A stretch of DNA of 64,000 nucleotides, from NCBI GenBank assembly GCA_049325515.1, contig JBMOLI010000011.1:89022-153021 (forward strand). Reading direction: 5' to 3'. The position numbers were made by a program, and so were the translations under genes. The notes beneath the pieces were generated by a model that did not search any database, was not told where the DNA came from, and saw nothing but the letters and a program-made list of their open reading frames with translations. Shown here one piece after another: positions 28,365 through 37,986 of the stretch. This DNA is from Actinomycetota bacterium (GTDB lineage Bacteria; Actinomycetota; Acidimicrobiia; Acidimicrobiales; VFJN01). Position 1 is the first letter of the stretch. Every line of letters begins with the position of its first letter.

Positions 28365-29294
28365 TCAGACCCAGGACGACGGCGATGTGAACCGCGCCAG
28401 GGTCCACGTTGCGGCGGCCGCCGCACAGAGGCCGGCGACCAGCACCGCCTCGACTGCGCCGAGGCCCGACACGACGACGGCGACCACCGCGAGGGCGATC
28501 TGCGCCAGCACGCAAGCGATCACCGCGCGCCGCGCCGTCCACCCACGCGTGACGAGCTGGTCGTAGACATGCCCCCGATCCCCCACGAGCAGAGGTCGCT
28601 TGGCTCGCCAGCGCCGGACTATCGCTACGGACGTATCAGCCACGGGCACACCGAGCAGCAGGACGGCGGCCGCTCTCCATTGGGTCGAGCCGCCGTCGCC
28701 GAGGGTGGCCGCGGCAAGGACCGATAGCCCCGTGCCAAGGAGATAGCTGCCCGAGTCGCCGAGGTAGACGCGTGCCGGAGGGCGGTTCCAGATGAGGAAG
28801 CCCGCCAGCGCTCCGGCCATGCCCGCCGCAAGGATCTGGGGATCTCCATCCAGGATCAGAGCGAAGCCGATCGCGGAGGCCAGCACCGTCCCGGATGCCA
28901 GAGCGTCGAGCCCGTCGAGAAGGTTGACCGCGTTTACGAGCAGGATCGTTCCCACGATGACGATCGGCGTCGTGAGAGCCGGGGCGTCGACGGCCAGCAC
29001 CACCAGGGCGCCGATCACGATCTCAGCCGCGAACCGGAGCCGAGCGGTGAGGTCGGCGATGTCGTCGAGCAGTCCGAGCGCAGCGGCGGCAGCCAACGGA
29101 GGCAGAAGCCCAGCGGCTGCGGGGGCCACCGCAGCGACGACGCCGGCGAGCACCGCTAAGCCGCCGAGGTAGGCAACAGGACGTGATTGCACCTTCAGCG
29201 GACCGGGTCTGTCGACGACCCCGAGCCGGTGTGCGACCCATGCAAAGGCAGGTGTGGTCAGGGCCGTCACGAGGAGCGCGATCGTCAGTGCCAA
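28365..29294 (-). CDS. Polyprenyl-phosphate N-acetylhexosamine-1-phosphate transferase (WecA/MraY family)
   Basis: 309 aa, polytopic, with GLLDDIADL, NAVNLLDGLDAL and YLGDSGSYLLG motifs. TTG start at 29292-29294; alternative GTG at 29270. Confidence 0.85.
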   Translation of the reverse strand: MALTIALLVTALTTPAFAWVAHRLGVVDRPGPLKVQSRPVAYLGGLAVLAGVVAAVAPAAAGLLPPLAAAAALGLLDDIADLTARLRFAAEIVIGALVVLAVDAPALTTPIVIVGTILLVNAVNLLDGLDALASGTVLASAIGFALILDGDPQILAAGMAGALAGFLIWNRPPARVYLGDSGSYLLGTGLSVLAAATLGDGGSTQWRAAAVLLLGVPVADTSVAIVRRWRAKRPLLVGDRGHVYDQLVTRGWTARRAVIACVLAQIALAVVAVVVSGLGAVEAVLVAGLCAAAAATWTLARFTSPSSWV

Positions 29295-29881
29295 ACGAGC
29301 ACCTCCTGGACGACCCCGCGGTGGACCTCGATGGTCGAATCCGAGCGGAACCCACAGCCCTCGTAGGTTCTGCGCGCGGCCTCGTTGTCGGTCGCTGTCA
29401 CCACATGCGCTCGCGTGACACCGCGATCGCGCAGCACAGCCGTCGCCGCGCCGACCAGCTGCTTGCCACGTCCTAGACCTCGCGACCCGCTCCCCACCGC
29501 GAGGGCCAAGATCTCAGCGCCGCCGCCCGCGGGCCCACCGCCGAAGCCGTGCATCAGAGTCTCGATCACCATCCGGGGGTGGCGAGCGACGGCGGGCGCC
29601 GCGCTGAGGCCTGCCCGGAACCCGTCGCGCAGGAGGAACGACCGATAGAGGTCCCCTGTGCTCTCGGCGACCGCCACGAAGCCGTCCACCTCACCGCTCG
29701 CATCGACACTCACGACCGCGAAGCCACCACCCGCTCCCGCCACCACGCGGCGGTAGAGGCGCTCGAGGAACCTGCGTCCCAGAGCCGCGAGGAAGCCTTC
29801 GGAGACCTCCTCCGCATGGAGCCGCGCGATCGCACCCACGTCGTCGCTCGTCGCTCGTCGCACGCGCGCTGCGTCGTTCAC
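29285..29881 (-). CDS. GNAT-family N-acetyltransferase
   Basis: 198 aa with LAVGSGSRGLGRGKQL (acetyl-CoA loop). GTGA overlap with the upstream stop. Confidence 0.75.
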   Translation of the reverse strand: MNDAARVRRATSDDVGAIARLHAEEVSEGFLAALGRRFLERLYRRVVAGAGGGFAVVSVDASGEVDGFVAVAESTGDLYRSFLLRDGFRAGLSAAPAVARHPRMVIETLMHGFGGGPAGGGAEILALAVGSGSRGLGRGKQLVGAATAVLRDRGVTRAHVVTATDNEAARRTYEGCGFRSDSTIEVHRGVVQEVLVWH

Positions 29882-31056
29882 GTACCCACCCCGTTGGGAA
29901 CGGACATGCCGCGCTGTCGGAGCAGGCGTTCATAGCCCGCGAGCGTGATGTCGATGCAGCGCTGCTGGTCGAACCTCCGGAGCGCTCGCTCGCGCCCTGC
30001 CCTCCCCATCTGCGCGCGGAGCGCCGGGTCTGCCACCAGCGTCGCCACGGCGTTGGCCAGCGCCGCTGGATCCCGAGGCGGGATCAGCAGGCCCGTCACA
30101 CCATGCTCGACCACTTGCCGGCATCCCCGGACGTCGGTGGCAACCACCGGAAGACCCATGGCGGCCGCCTCCATCGCCGCCCGCGGCATGCCCTCGCGGT
30201 GGGATGCGAGGACGAAGATGTCCATCCCTGAGTACAGCCAGTCGACATCGCTGCGCCCCCCGAGGAAGCGCACGCCGGCGGCCGCAGCGTCCGCGACCTC
30301 CTGAGGCGAGATCCCATCCTTCTTTCCAGGCTCGTCGAACCCGATGACGGCCACACGAGCCCGTGGTGGAAGCGCCTGAAGGGCCTCGAAGAGCTCGCGG
30401 TACCCCTTCTCCGCGACCAGCCGACCGACCGCCCCGATCACCACATCATCCGCCTCGGCGCCGAGCTCGCGCCGTGCACGCGTGGCGCTTGCGGGGTCGT
30501 GCCTGCGCGGGTCGAAGCGAGCGAGGTCGATCCCGTTGCCGAGCAGCTCCAGGCGCGATGGGGGAACGCGCAGGCGGCGGAGCACTGCGAGATCTTCCTC
30601 GTTCTGGACCAGCTCGAGGTCTGAGCAAGCCGCCGCAGTGCGCTCGAGTGCGTACACAGCGGTCCGGCGTGGAAGCGGATCCTCGGGGATCGCATAGAGC
30701 CCGTGGACTGTGTTCACGACGACTGGCACACGGGCCGCCCGGGCGGCCAGGCGGCCGTAGATGCCCGGCTTCGGGTTGTGCGTGTGCACAAGCGTCGGTC
30801 GAAGCCTCCGGAAGAGCGCCGTGAGCTCGGCCAGTGCCCGCACGTCGCGCGTGATCGCCTGTGATCGCGTGGCGTGCCGCAGAGGCAGGTGTTCGACGCC
30901 GCGTGCGGCGAGCGCTTCCACGTAGGGCCCGGGGGCGGACGCGCCGGCCACCCTGTAGCCGGCGCCCACGAACGCCTCGAGCTGCGGGCCGAGGAGCAGC
31001 TCGAGGCTCATGTCGGTCGTCGCCACGTGGATGAGCAGCGGACGGTTCGCGCTCAC
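29878..31056 (-). CDS. Glycosyltransferase family 4 (GT-B)
   Basis: 392 aa from GTG 31054-31056 (GTGA overlap). Contains LIHVATTD, HTHNPKPG and the E-x7-E region HREGMPRAAMEAAAMGLPVVATD. Confidence 0.85.
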   Translation of the reverse strand: MSANRPLLIHVATTDMSLELLLGPQLEAFVGAGYRVAGASAPGPYVEALAARGVEHLPLRHATRSQAITRDVRALAELTALFRRLRPTLVHTHNPKPGIYGRLAARAARVPVVVNTVHGLYAIPEDPLPRRTAVYALERTAAACSDLELVQNEEDLAVLRRLRVPPSRLELLGNGIDLARFDPRRHDPASATRARRELGAEADDVVIGAVGRLVAEKGYRELFEALQALPPRARVAVIGFDEPGKKDGISPQEVADAAAAGVRFLGGRSDVDWLYSGMDIFVLASHREGMPRAAMEAAAMGLPVVATDVRGCRQVVEHGVTGLLIPPRDPAALANAVATLVADPALRAQMGRAGRERALRRFDQQRCIDITLAGYERLLRQRGMSVPNGVGT

Positions 31057-31889
31057 GAGATCGCGCGCGCGTAGCGCCGCCGATTGAGGCGCTCCCGGAG
31101 AGCATCTTCGAGGCCCATGCCTCCGCGTGCCTTGCGGGTGAACCATCTGAGCCCGTCGCTCACCTGGATCGGAGATCGAGCCAACCGGTAGGGGTCCGTG
31201 TGGCCGCCCACGTTTGCGCGAGTGCCCGCCAGCGCGGCCGACCGGAACCGTGCTCGCACGGCCTCCTGTGCCGCCTCGGAACCGAGCACCGCCTTGGGGT
31301 ACGCGAAGTCGAGTGGCGCGCTGCCGATGTTGGCCCCGATCGACTCGATGGAGCGATCGAGCTCGTCAACCACCTCGACCACTGGTGCCCTGTCCAGGAG
31401 CAGATGGCTGTGCGTGTGCGAGCCGATCGAGACAAGCCCCGTGGAGCATGCCTCCCTGAGTGCCTGCCACGTCAGGGGGGAGCCGGCGCCGTCGAAGGCC
31501 TTCTCCGCGTCGACGAACGATGTCGCGATGTACCAGGTTGACGGGATGGCGTGACGTTCGAGGATGGGCAGCGCAGAGTCGATCAGATCAGCGGTGCCGT
31601 CGTCGAAGGTCACGGCCACACAGGGCCCGATCGGCACGGCTTCCTCGAGGCAACGCAGCACGTGATCCATCGACACGACCGTGTGGCTGCTCGCCAGCGC
31701 CGCCATCTGCTCTTCGAACAGCGCTGCGGGCAGGTCGACGGATGACGACGTGCCTCCACCGACGCGGTGGTAGAGGAGCACGACCGCACCCGTGGCGGGC
31801 CGCCGCAGAGCATCGGCGGCGCCAGCCGCGACCTTCACCGCAGTGCGAAGCGATGCGTCAACCGCCAGGACGGACCGATTCCGGGACAT
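31053..31889 (-). CDS. Polysaccharide deacetylase (CE4 / NodB homology)
   Basis: 278 aa with VAVTFDDGTAD and GSHTHSH motifs. The 5' end overlaps the upstream gene by 32 nt, so a later start (GTG 31838) is possible. Confidence 0.8.
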   Translation of the reverse strand: MSRNRSVLAVDASLRTAVKVAAGAADALRRPATGAVVLLYHRVGGGTSSSVDLPAALFEEQMAALASSHTVVSMDHVLRCLEEAVPIGPCVAVTFDDGTADLIDSALPILERHAIPSTWYIATSFVDAEKAFDGAGSPLTWQALREACSTGLVSIGSHTHSHLLLDRAPVVEVVDELDRSIESIGANIGSAPLDFAYPKAVLGSEAAQEAVRARFRSAALAGTRANVGGHTDPYRLARSPIQVSDGLRWFTRKARGGMGLEDALRERLNRRRYARAIS

Positions 31890-33420
31890 CGCTCGCTTGG
31901 TCGTCGCGACGGAGGCGGGCGGGGTCGACCGCGATGAGGGCGTAGAGCGCGGGAAGCGCCAGCGACCGCTGGCGGCTCAGCAGGCCGAAGTTGGCCAGCG
32001 ACGAGAACAGCACCGCGTACAGGATCAGCAGCACGACGCAGAACATCACGAAGGGATCGAGGCGGACGCGCCGAAGTGCCAGCTGCACGGATCCGAAGCG
32101 TCGAGCGATGAGTCCGATGAGCAGAGCCGACTCAGCAGCGGCGGCCAGCTGGAAGGCGCTGCGGGCCTCCCAGGGCAAGGGCCGCACCAGCACGGTGACG
32201 ACGTTGAGAGGCAGGAACAGGGGGTTCAGCGAGTTCCCGGCTCCCGCATAGGAGGAACCACCCTGCGACGTCTGCTGCGTGGTCTCGTCGAGCTGTTCCT
32301 CGATCGCGCTGATCGACAGTCGCTCGATGCCAAGGAACTTGGCGCTGGTGGTCACGGTCAACAGCACGGCCACTCCGATGACCGCCATGCCGATTGGGCG
32401 CGTGAAGAAGGAGCCCTTGGCTCGCTGGCGGATGTGCCCGACGAAGTACGGGACGGCGCCGGCCACGGCGACGAGTGCGAGCAGATGAGGGCGCACGACC
32501 CAGACGAGCCAGCCTCCCCCCACGATCAACGGGAGGGGACGGCCGGCCTGGCCCGTCAGGAGCATGCCGATGCCCCAGGCGAGCGCACCTACGCCGACCT
32601 GCATCAGCGCTTCCTTGCCGAGTGCCGAGGGCCAGAAGACGATGCTGGGCACGAACATCATGAACATGAGGAAGAGCCGCTTGTCGGCGTTGGGCAGAGC
32701 GCAGGCGACCGCGCGGAACCAGAAGTACGAGCCGATGACCGCCAGCAGCCCGAACAGCAGGAAGGCACCGAGCAGGCTCTGGCCGAACAGGAAGTACGTG
32801 ATGCCCGACATGAGCTTGAGGAAGTTCGTCTGTCGGAAGTCGCTCATCACCGGTGCCACGCCGTCCCCCGCCCACGCTGCGACGAACTTCCGAGCCTCGA
32901 TGTCGTAGCGGGTCGCGTCTCCGACACCGTCGTACGCCTGGGTGAGGGTGACGTATCGGAGGTAGGAGGCGCTGAGCTTCACCAGCGTGCCGTAGAGGAT
33001 CAGGCGCGGCAGCCACGGTTCGTCGGGGTGCACGCGTGCGCAGCGGTTTCCGAAGGAGACAGCCGCTATGACGCCGACGACCGGGATGACGAACGGTCCC
33101 AACCACTCGACGTGCAGGATCCGTGCCGCGAACACGACAAGGCCCAGCAGCCCTGCGGCAGCGGTCGCACCCGAGAGACCCGAAGGAAGGAGGGCCCGGT
33201 AGGAAGCCAGCATGCTGCCCGACTCCGCGGCAGGCTGATCCAGCCTGACGTGGGCCGTGGCGCGGCTTGGCGCCCACCGCCGACTCGCGCTCGGTGACAC
33301 TGGCATCACTGGGATGGTCGTGGGCGGGCGTTGGTACATCCACCAGTGCGCGCCCGCCTTGGAGCGGTGCACCTTGCCTGTGCTCCGGAAGGACGGATGG
33401 TCAGCCGAAGGGGGCGTCAT
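31858..33420 (-). CDS. Polytopic membrane protein, Wzy/O-antigen-polymerase-like
   Basis: At least 10 hydrophobic helices and one large loop. No catalytic motif recognised; the call rests on topology and context. Start ambiguous: ATG 33420, or ATG 33213 with GGAG upstream. Confidence 0.5.
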   Translation of the reverse strand: MTPPSADHPSFRSTGKVHRSKAGAHWWMYQRPPTTIPVMPVSPSASRRWAPSRATAHVRLDQPAAESGSMLASYRALLPSGLSGATAAAGLLGLVVFAARILHVEWLGPFVIPVVGVIAAVSFGNRCARVHPDEPWLPRLILYGTLVKLSASYLRYVTLTQAYDGVGDATRYDIEARKFVAAWAGDGVAPVMSDFRQTNFLKLMSGITYFLFGQSLLGAFLLFGLLAVIGSYFWFRAVACALPNADKRLFLMFMMFVPSIVFWPSALGKEALMQVGVGALAWGIGMLLTGQAGRPLPLIVGGGWLVWVVRPHLLALVAVAGAVPYFVGHIRQRAKGSFFTRPIGMAVIGVAVLLTVTTSAKFLGIERLSISAIEEQLDETTQQTSQGGSSYAGAGNSLNPLFLPLNVVTVLVRPLPWEARSAFQLAAAAESALLIGLIARRFGSVQLALRRVRLDPFVMFCVVLLILYAVLFSSLANFGLLSRQRSLALPALYALIAVDPARLRRDDQASDVPESVRPGG

Positions 33421-33443
33421 CTCGACCCGACCCGACCGTTGGT

Positions 33444-35312
33444 TCAGGCATGGCGGTTCACGACGGCCAAGCCGAACGGCGCGACGCCGGCGAGCTCGAG
33501 CCGGTCAGCCGACAGCTGGGCGTCGCGGGTGTTGACCCGACCGAGCTCTACGGTCCAGAGGACGTGCCGAGTCGACCACGCCATGATGGTTGCGTTCGGA
33601 TCTTCGAGCAGCGCTGGACCTGCGATCACGACGACGTCGATCTCGTTGCCGGCCAGCGCCTCCAGCAGCGGCGGCAGCCCGTCGAGGGCGAGCGGTCTCT
33701 CGGAGCGGCCCGGCGGGATGACGTAGAGGTTCTCCACGTCGTTCGTGCCCAGGCTCGACCGCAGCTCTGCGGGGAGACGGCCCGCCTGCGCCACCTCGAG
33801 GAGCTCGGGGAAGGTGGGCACGGCGTAGAACGACACGGGGGTGAGCACCTCGGTCGGCGCGTCGGGTCCCTCGGGCGCCGCCACGGTCCTAGGAGCAGGT
33901 GGCGCCTCCGCTTCCACCGAAGATCGAGGCGACTCGCCGGAGCTCTGCTGCGCGCCCGACTCGCCGCCTCCTTGGACTTCTCCACCCGACCCACCCGCAG
34001 GCAGCCCGCCGCCGCTCAGCGGATCTCCGCCATCGAGCTCGGTCTCGGATCGTTCCGCCTCCGCCGCCGCCAGGGCGTCAACGTCCACGTAGACGTCGGC
34101 CTCGGTGCCCGCACCTTCGGTCGAGTCACTCGCGCCACCCTCCGGTGCGAGGGATGGGCCAGCACCGCCCTCTTGAAGGAACCAGCTCTGCCGGGGCACC
34201 GTGCCAACCAGAGCCACGGTCGCGCCCAGGCTGGCCAGGCCGACGGCGAAGTTGGCGGCCACGCTGTCCTGTGTCGCGCCCACGGGGCACGTGACCATGA
34301 TCGCCTTCGGCAGCTGGTCAGTGGAGATGCTGGTGGCGGCCAGTGACTTGAAGGCGGCATCCCAGGTCGATCCCGGTGGCGCATACTCGGAGTGCAGCCG
34401 GTGTGGCATGTAGGGGATCGTCGCGAGGAGGCGAGCGCGGAACGCCCCGGGGGCAGAGCGGGCCTCGGTGATCGTCGCGTCGAACCGGTCGAGGGTGACA
34501 GGAACTGCGAGTGCCAGCAGCAGTCCTGCGCCGATGATCTCGAGCACTGGAATGAGAGGAGACGGCGGCGGGGGAGCGACACGCGAAGCGGAGCGCCGCT
34601 GGACGACCGTTGTGTAGTCGCCGGGGATGGCCGCCAGCGTGATCTGCAGGGAGTAGTTGACGTGGCGGCGCTGCATCTCGTTCAAGATGGCGTTTCGCTG
34701 GTACAAGAGAAGCGCGGCGTCGGTTGAGAGGCTCGGCGAAGCCGGCACGACCGCACCATCCGGCACCGCCGCCGGGAGACCCACCCCTTGAGCTGTGAGC
34801 TGCCGTTCGACGTCGCTCAGCTTTCGCGTGAGCACGCCGATTGTGCGGACTTCGATGTCGGCCCGTTCGACGGCCGAGTCGAGCACGGACTGCCGCCGAC
34901 CCTCCTCGAAGGCGACGATGTACTCCTCGAGAACCGCTGCAGCAGTCTCGGGCTTCGGGGCTGAGACCGACAGCGTCATGATCGTGCGGTTGTCGCTGAG
35001 CTGAGCGTCGAACGAGAGGTTGTTGTTGGCGTCGGGGTCGAGGCCCGCCTCTTGGAGCGCCAGATCTCTCGTGGTCCGCGAGAGCGCTAGCTCCCTCTGC
35101 CCCTGCAGGAGCACCGGCGGCACTCGGTCAGGGCCCTCGCCAGTCTCCGGGTCGTGAGCCGGGATGAGCATGTCCGCACTGGTCGTGTACCGAGCTGAAG
35201 GGCGCGTCACGTCGCGGCCGGCGAGATACACCCCCACGGCCACGGGGATGAGCAGAATGATCGCGATCGCTATGGGCCAACGCCTGCGAAGAGCAGCGCC
35301 GACATCGCTCAT
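33444..35312 (-). CDS. Wzz/PCP-like chain-length-determinant protein with a degenerate BY-kinase-like C-terminal domain
   Basis: 622 aa. TM1 (WPIAIAIILLIPVAVGVYL), a helical periplasmic region, TM2 (IPVLEIIGAGLLLALAV), then a CpsD/MinD-like fold with CPVGATQDS in place of Walker A GxGKS/T. ATG 35310-35312; alternative GTG at 35318. Confidence 0.65.
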   Translation of the reverse strand: MSDVGAALRRRWPIAIAIILLIPVAVGVYLAGRDVTRPSARYTTSADMLIPAHDPETGEGPDRVPPVLLQGQRELALSRTTRDLALQEAGLDPDANNNLSFDAQLSDNRTIMTLSVSAPKPETAAAVLEEYIVAFEEGRRQSVLDSAVERADIEVRTIGVLTRKLSDVERQLTAQGVGLPAAVPDGAVVPASPSLSTDAALLLYQRNAILNEMQRRHVNYSLQITLAAIPGDYTTVVQRRSASRVAPPPPSPLIPVLEIIGAGLLLALAVPVTLDRFDATITEARSAPGAFRARLLATIPYMPHRLHSEYAPPGSTWDAAFKSLAATSISTDQLPKAIMVTCPVGATQDSVAANFAVGLASLGATVALVGTVPRQSWFLQEGGAGPSLAPEGGASDSTEGAGTEADVYVDVDALAAAEAERSETELDGGDPLSGGGLPAGGSGGEVQGGGESGAQQSSGESPRSSVEAEAPPAPRTVAAPEGPDAPTEVLTPVSFYAVPTFPELLEVAQAGRLPAELRSSLGTNDVENLYVIPPGRSERPLALDGLPPLLEALAGNEIDVVVIAGPALLEDPNATIMAWSTRHVLWTVELGRVNTRDAQLSADRLELAGVAPFGLAVVNRHA

Positions 35313-35416
35313 ATGCACGCGCCACTCCCCCCGATGTCTGCGATGACGGCTTGCGCTTGCGCCCGACAATGAAGAACGGATGTTGGTCCGATCTGGTGGC
35401 TAGATTACTACACATC

Positions 35417-36559
35417 GTGGCGAAACTGAAGGCCGAGGTTGAGCGAAATGCACCCTTGAAGGTGCTATGCCTCATAAAGGGCCTTGGTCGTGGGGGGGCA
35501 GAGTCTCTTGTCCTCGCACATATGCTCAATCGGGACAAAGTGCGGTTCGATTATCGAGTCGCCTATCTGACTCCAAATAAGACCGCTCTCGTTGGCGAGA
35601 TTGAGCGCGCCGGTGTGCCGGTCACATGTCTGGCCGCGAGCAGCTCGCGGGATCTGACATGGGTCTGGCGGTTCCGTCGCCTGGTCTCCGACAACACGAT
35701 CGACGTCGTACATGTTCACTCCCCCGTGGCGGCGGCAGGCGCCAGGGTTGCGCTTCGCACTCTCCCGCCGCAGGGTCGCCCAGCGGTCGTCACGACCGAG
35801 CACAACATGTGGCACACCCACGTCTGGCCGACTCGCCTGGCGGATGGCTCCACCTGGGCGCTCGATGATGCTCACATCGCGGTCTCCGCAGCGGTTCGGT
35901 CGTCGTTGCCGGCTCGATTGCGGGCCCGCACCGAGGTCATCCACCATGGGATCGACCTGGCGCGCGTGGCCGAGCAGCGAGCCGCGCGCTCTGAGGTCCG
36001 CCGGGAGCTCGGACTGGAGGGCTCGCTGGTCGTCGCGACCGTGGCCAACCTTCGTCAGACGAAGGGGTGGCCCGACCTGCTCGTCGCTGCCCGCCAGGTG
36101 CTCGACGAGGTCGACGACGCCGTCTTCCTCGCCGTTGGTCAGGGCCCGATGGAGGAAGAGATCCGGACTCTGCATCGTCAGCTCGGGTTGGGCGATCGCT
36201 TTCGGCTGCTCGGCTACCGGGCCGACGCAGTTCGCCTGATGGCCGGCAGCGATGTCTTCTGCCTCGCCTCCCACAACGAAGGGCTGCCCGTGGTCCTCAT
36301 GGAAGCCATGGCCCTCGGTCTCCCCATCATCGCAACCGAAGTCGGTGGCGTCGGAGAGCTCGTGTCGTCGCCCGACCACGGACGACTCGTCAGCCCGCGC
36401 AGACCCGACCAGCTTGCGGCAGCGCTCGTAGAGCTGCTGATGGACGAACGGCTCCGATCCGCGGCATCTGCGAGCGTGGTGCGCACCGCGGAAGCACTCG
36501 ACGCAACGCGATCCGTGAGCCGCATCGAAAGCATCTACGAGTCGATCGCGCGGAACTAG
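35417..36559 (+). CDS. Glycosyltransferase family 4 (GT-B)
   Basis: LKVLCLIKGLGRGGAE, HVHSP, and the E-x7-E region HNEGLPVVLMEAMALGLPIIATE. Start uncertain: GTG 35417 chosen, with a TAGATT box at 35401-35406 just upstream. Confidence 0.8.
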   Translation: MAKLKAEVERNAPLKVLCLIKGLGRGGAESLVLAHMLNRDKVRFDYRVAYLTPNKTALVGEIERAGVPVTCLAASSSRDLTWVWRFRRLVSDNTIDVVHVHSPVAAAGARVALRTLPPQGRPAVVTTEHNMWHTHVWPTRLADGSTWALDDAHIAVSAAVRSSLPARLRARTEVIHHGIDLARVAEQRAARSEVRRELGLEGSLVVATVANLRQTKGWPDLLVAARQVLDEVDDAVFLAVGQGPMEEEIRTLHRQLGLGDRFRLLGYRADAVRLMAGSDVFCLASHNEGLPVVLMEAMALGLPIIATEVGGVGELVSSPDHGRLVSPRRPDQLAAALVELLMDERLRSAASASVVRTAEALDATRSVSRIESIYESIARN

Positions 36560-36589
36560 CTGCTTGTCGCCTGGTTCAGCCGGGCCAGC

Positions 36590-37183
36590 TCACTTCTGGA
36601 CCGGTGCGTTGCGGTGGCGCCAGGGAAAGGGGGTCGCCGGCTCGGGCAGACCGAGGAACGGGCACAAGGCCTGGTAGTCGTCGCCCGCAGTGATGTCCAT
36701 CACCAACAGATCATTGGGTCGATCGCGGAAGTAGGCGCGCACCCGTTCATGGTGCTCTCGGTACAGCGAGGTCCAGGCCTCCAGGTCGACCTCCAGGAAG
36801 GTCCCGTCGTACTCGCCGGTCTCGATGCGCAGCCTGTTTCGCTCGACATGGCGCCGACGACTGTCGAGCCATCCCTCGAGGCTTCGCGTCGTCAGCACGA
36901 AGCGACTCCCCGGGTACTGCTCGTCGAGGAGATCAAAGCTCACGCTCAGGCGCTGGATGTCCGAGAAGGCGTTGTAGTCGCCGAGGTACGTCAGCAGGGG
37001 AGCCCCTTCCCGTAGCGCCCGCTCGACGGCGACCCGGGAGGCCGGCCCACCCCAGTGGAGGCTGCGGTAGCCGAGCGTCTCCAGCGCCTCATGGAGGGAG
37101 ATCGTGCCGGTCTTGTTGAGGCCGATGCCGAACACCAATGGGCGCCCACCGTCGGCGACTTCATTGAGGTCTTCGCTCGCCAC
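36590..37183 (-). CDS. Sulfotransferase-family protein (Sulfotransfer_4-like)
   Basis: 197 aa from GTG 37181-37183 (TAGTG overlap, GAAGGAGGA 8 nt upstream). GLNKTGTISL (5'-PSB-like loop) and TTRSLEGWLDS (3'-PB-like). Confidence 0.7.
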   Translation of the reverse strand: MASEDLNEVADGGRPLVFGIGLNKTGTISLHEALETLGYRSLHWGGPASRVAVERALREGAPLLTYLGDYNAFSDIQRLSVSFDLLDEQYPGSRFVLTTRSLEGWLDSRRRHVERNRLRIETGEYDGTFLEVDLEAWTSLYREHHERVRAYFRDRPNDLLVMDITAGDDYQALCPFLGLPEPATPFPWRHRNAPVQK

Positions 37184-37986
37184 TACAGGGATCCTCCTTC
37201 GAGGGCTGGCTTGACCGAGCAGAACGTCAGCAACCGTGAGGCGGCCCGGCTGGTGCACTCGAAGCGGACGGCATCGGTCACGAAGCCGATGTCCGAGAGC
37301 TTGTCCAACATGTCGGCGCCGAAGTCGTTGTAGACGAGATGGACTCGGTGGTACACCGGCTCGAGCAGGAGGACGTCATCGTCTCCCGAGGTGTCCACCC
37401 GCTCGATCGTGCGCTCTCGCATCGGCCAGCGCACAGGGACTGTGAAGATGTGAGCGCCTCCGGGGCGCAGGATCCGGTGGATCTCGGCGAAGCCCTCATA
37501 CGGGCGGCGAACGTGCTCGAAGACGTCCGACGTGATGACGAGGTCGAACGAGCTCGACTGGTACGTCAGCGCCATGAGGTCCTCGCACCTGACGCCATCT
37601 CGGGTGTCACCGGGCGCAACGTCCGGCCAGTAGCTGGAGGTCTCGTAGCCCGGCAGCGCACGGAGGTGGCGCCGGAAGGGCCCGAGCTCTCCGGGCTCCC
37701 ACATCCGCAGACTGCGGAACTCGGGCTCAGCGCACAGCTCGGCGAAGCAACGAGCCCCGTGGCGAGCGAAGTGCCTGACCAGAACCCGAGCCTGGCCCTG
37801 GTAGCGAAGTGAGCTTCGGCACGTGGTGCAGTGGTAGCTGGCCCCGATCGCCATGCGGTCCCTCGTGAACCGGCCCCAGGCACCGCATACAGAGCACTCT
37901 CCCTCGAAGAAGTCTGCCTCGGAGAGGTCGACCGGCCGGTCGGCCGGGAGTCGATCGGGCGCACGCCGGCGCGCGAAGAGCTTCAT
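37183..37986 (-). CDS. Class I SAM methyltransferase with N-terminal CxxC...CxxC zinc-ribbon
   Basis: 267 aa. Contains CSVCGAWG...CTTCRS, then FDLVITSDVFEHV and LRPGGAHIF (Methyltransf_11-like). ATGA overlap with the upstream stop. Confidence 0.75.
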   Translation of the reverse strand: MKLFARRRAPDRLPADRPVDLSEADFFEGECSVCGAWGRFTRDRMAIGASYHCTTCRSSLRYQGQARVLVRHFARHGARCFAELCAEPEFRSLRMWEPGELGPFRRHLRALPGYETSSYWPDVAPGDTRDGVRCEDLMALTYQSSSFDLVITSDVFEHVRRPYEGFAEIHRILRPGGAHIFTVPVRWPMRERTIERVDTSGDDDVLLLEPVYHRVHLVYNDFGADMLDKLSDIGFVTDAVRFECTSRAASRLLTFCSVKPALEGGSL

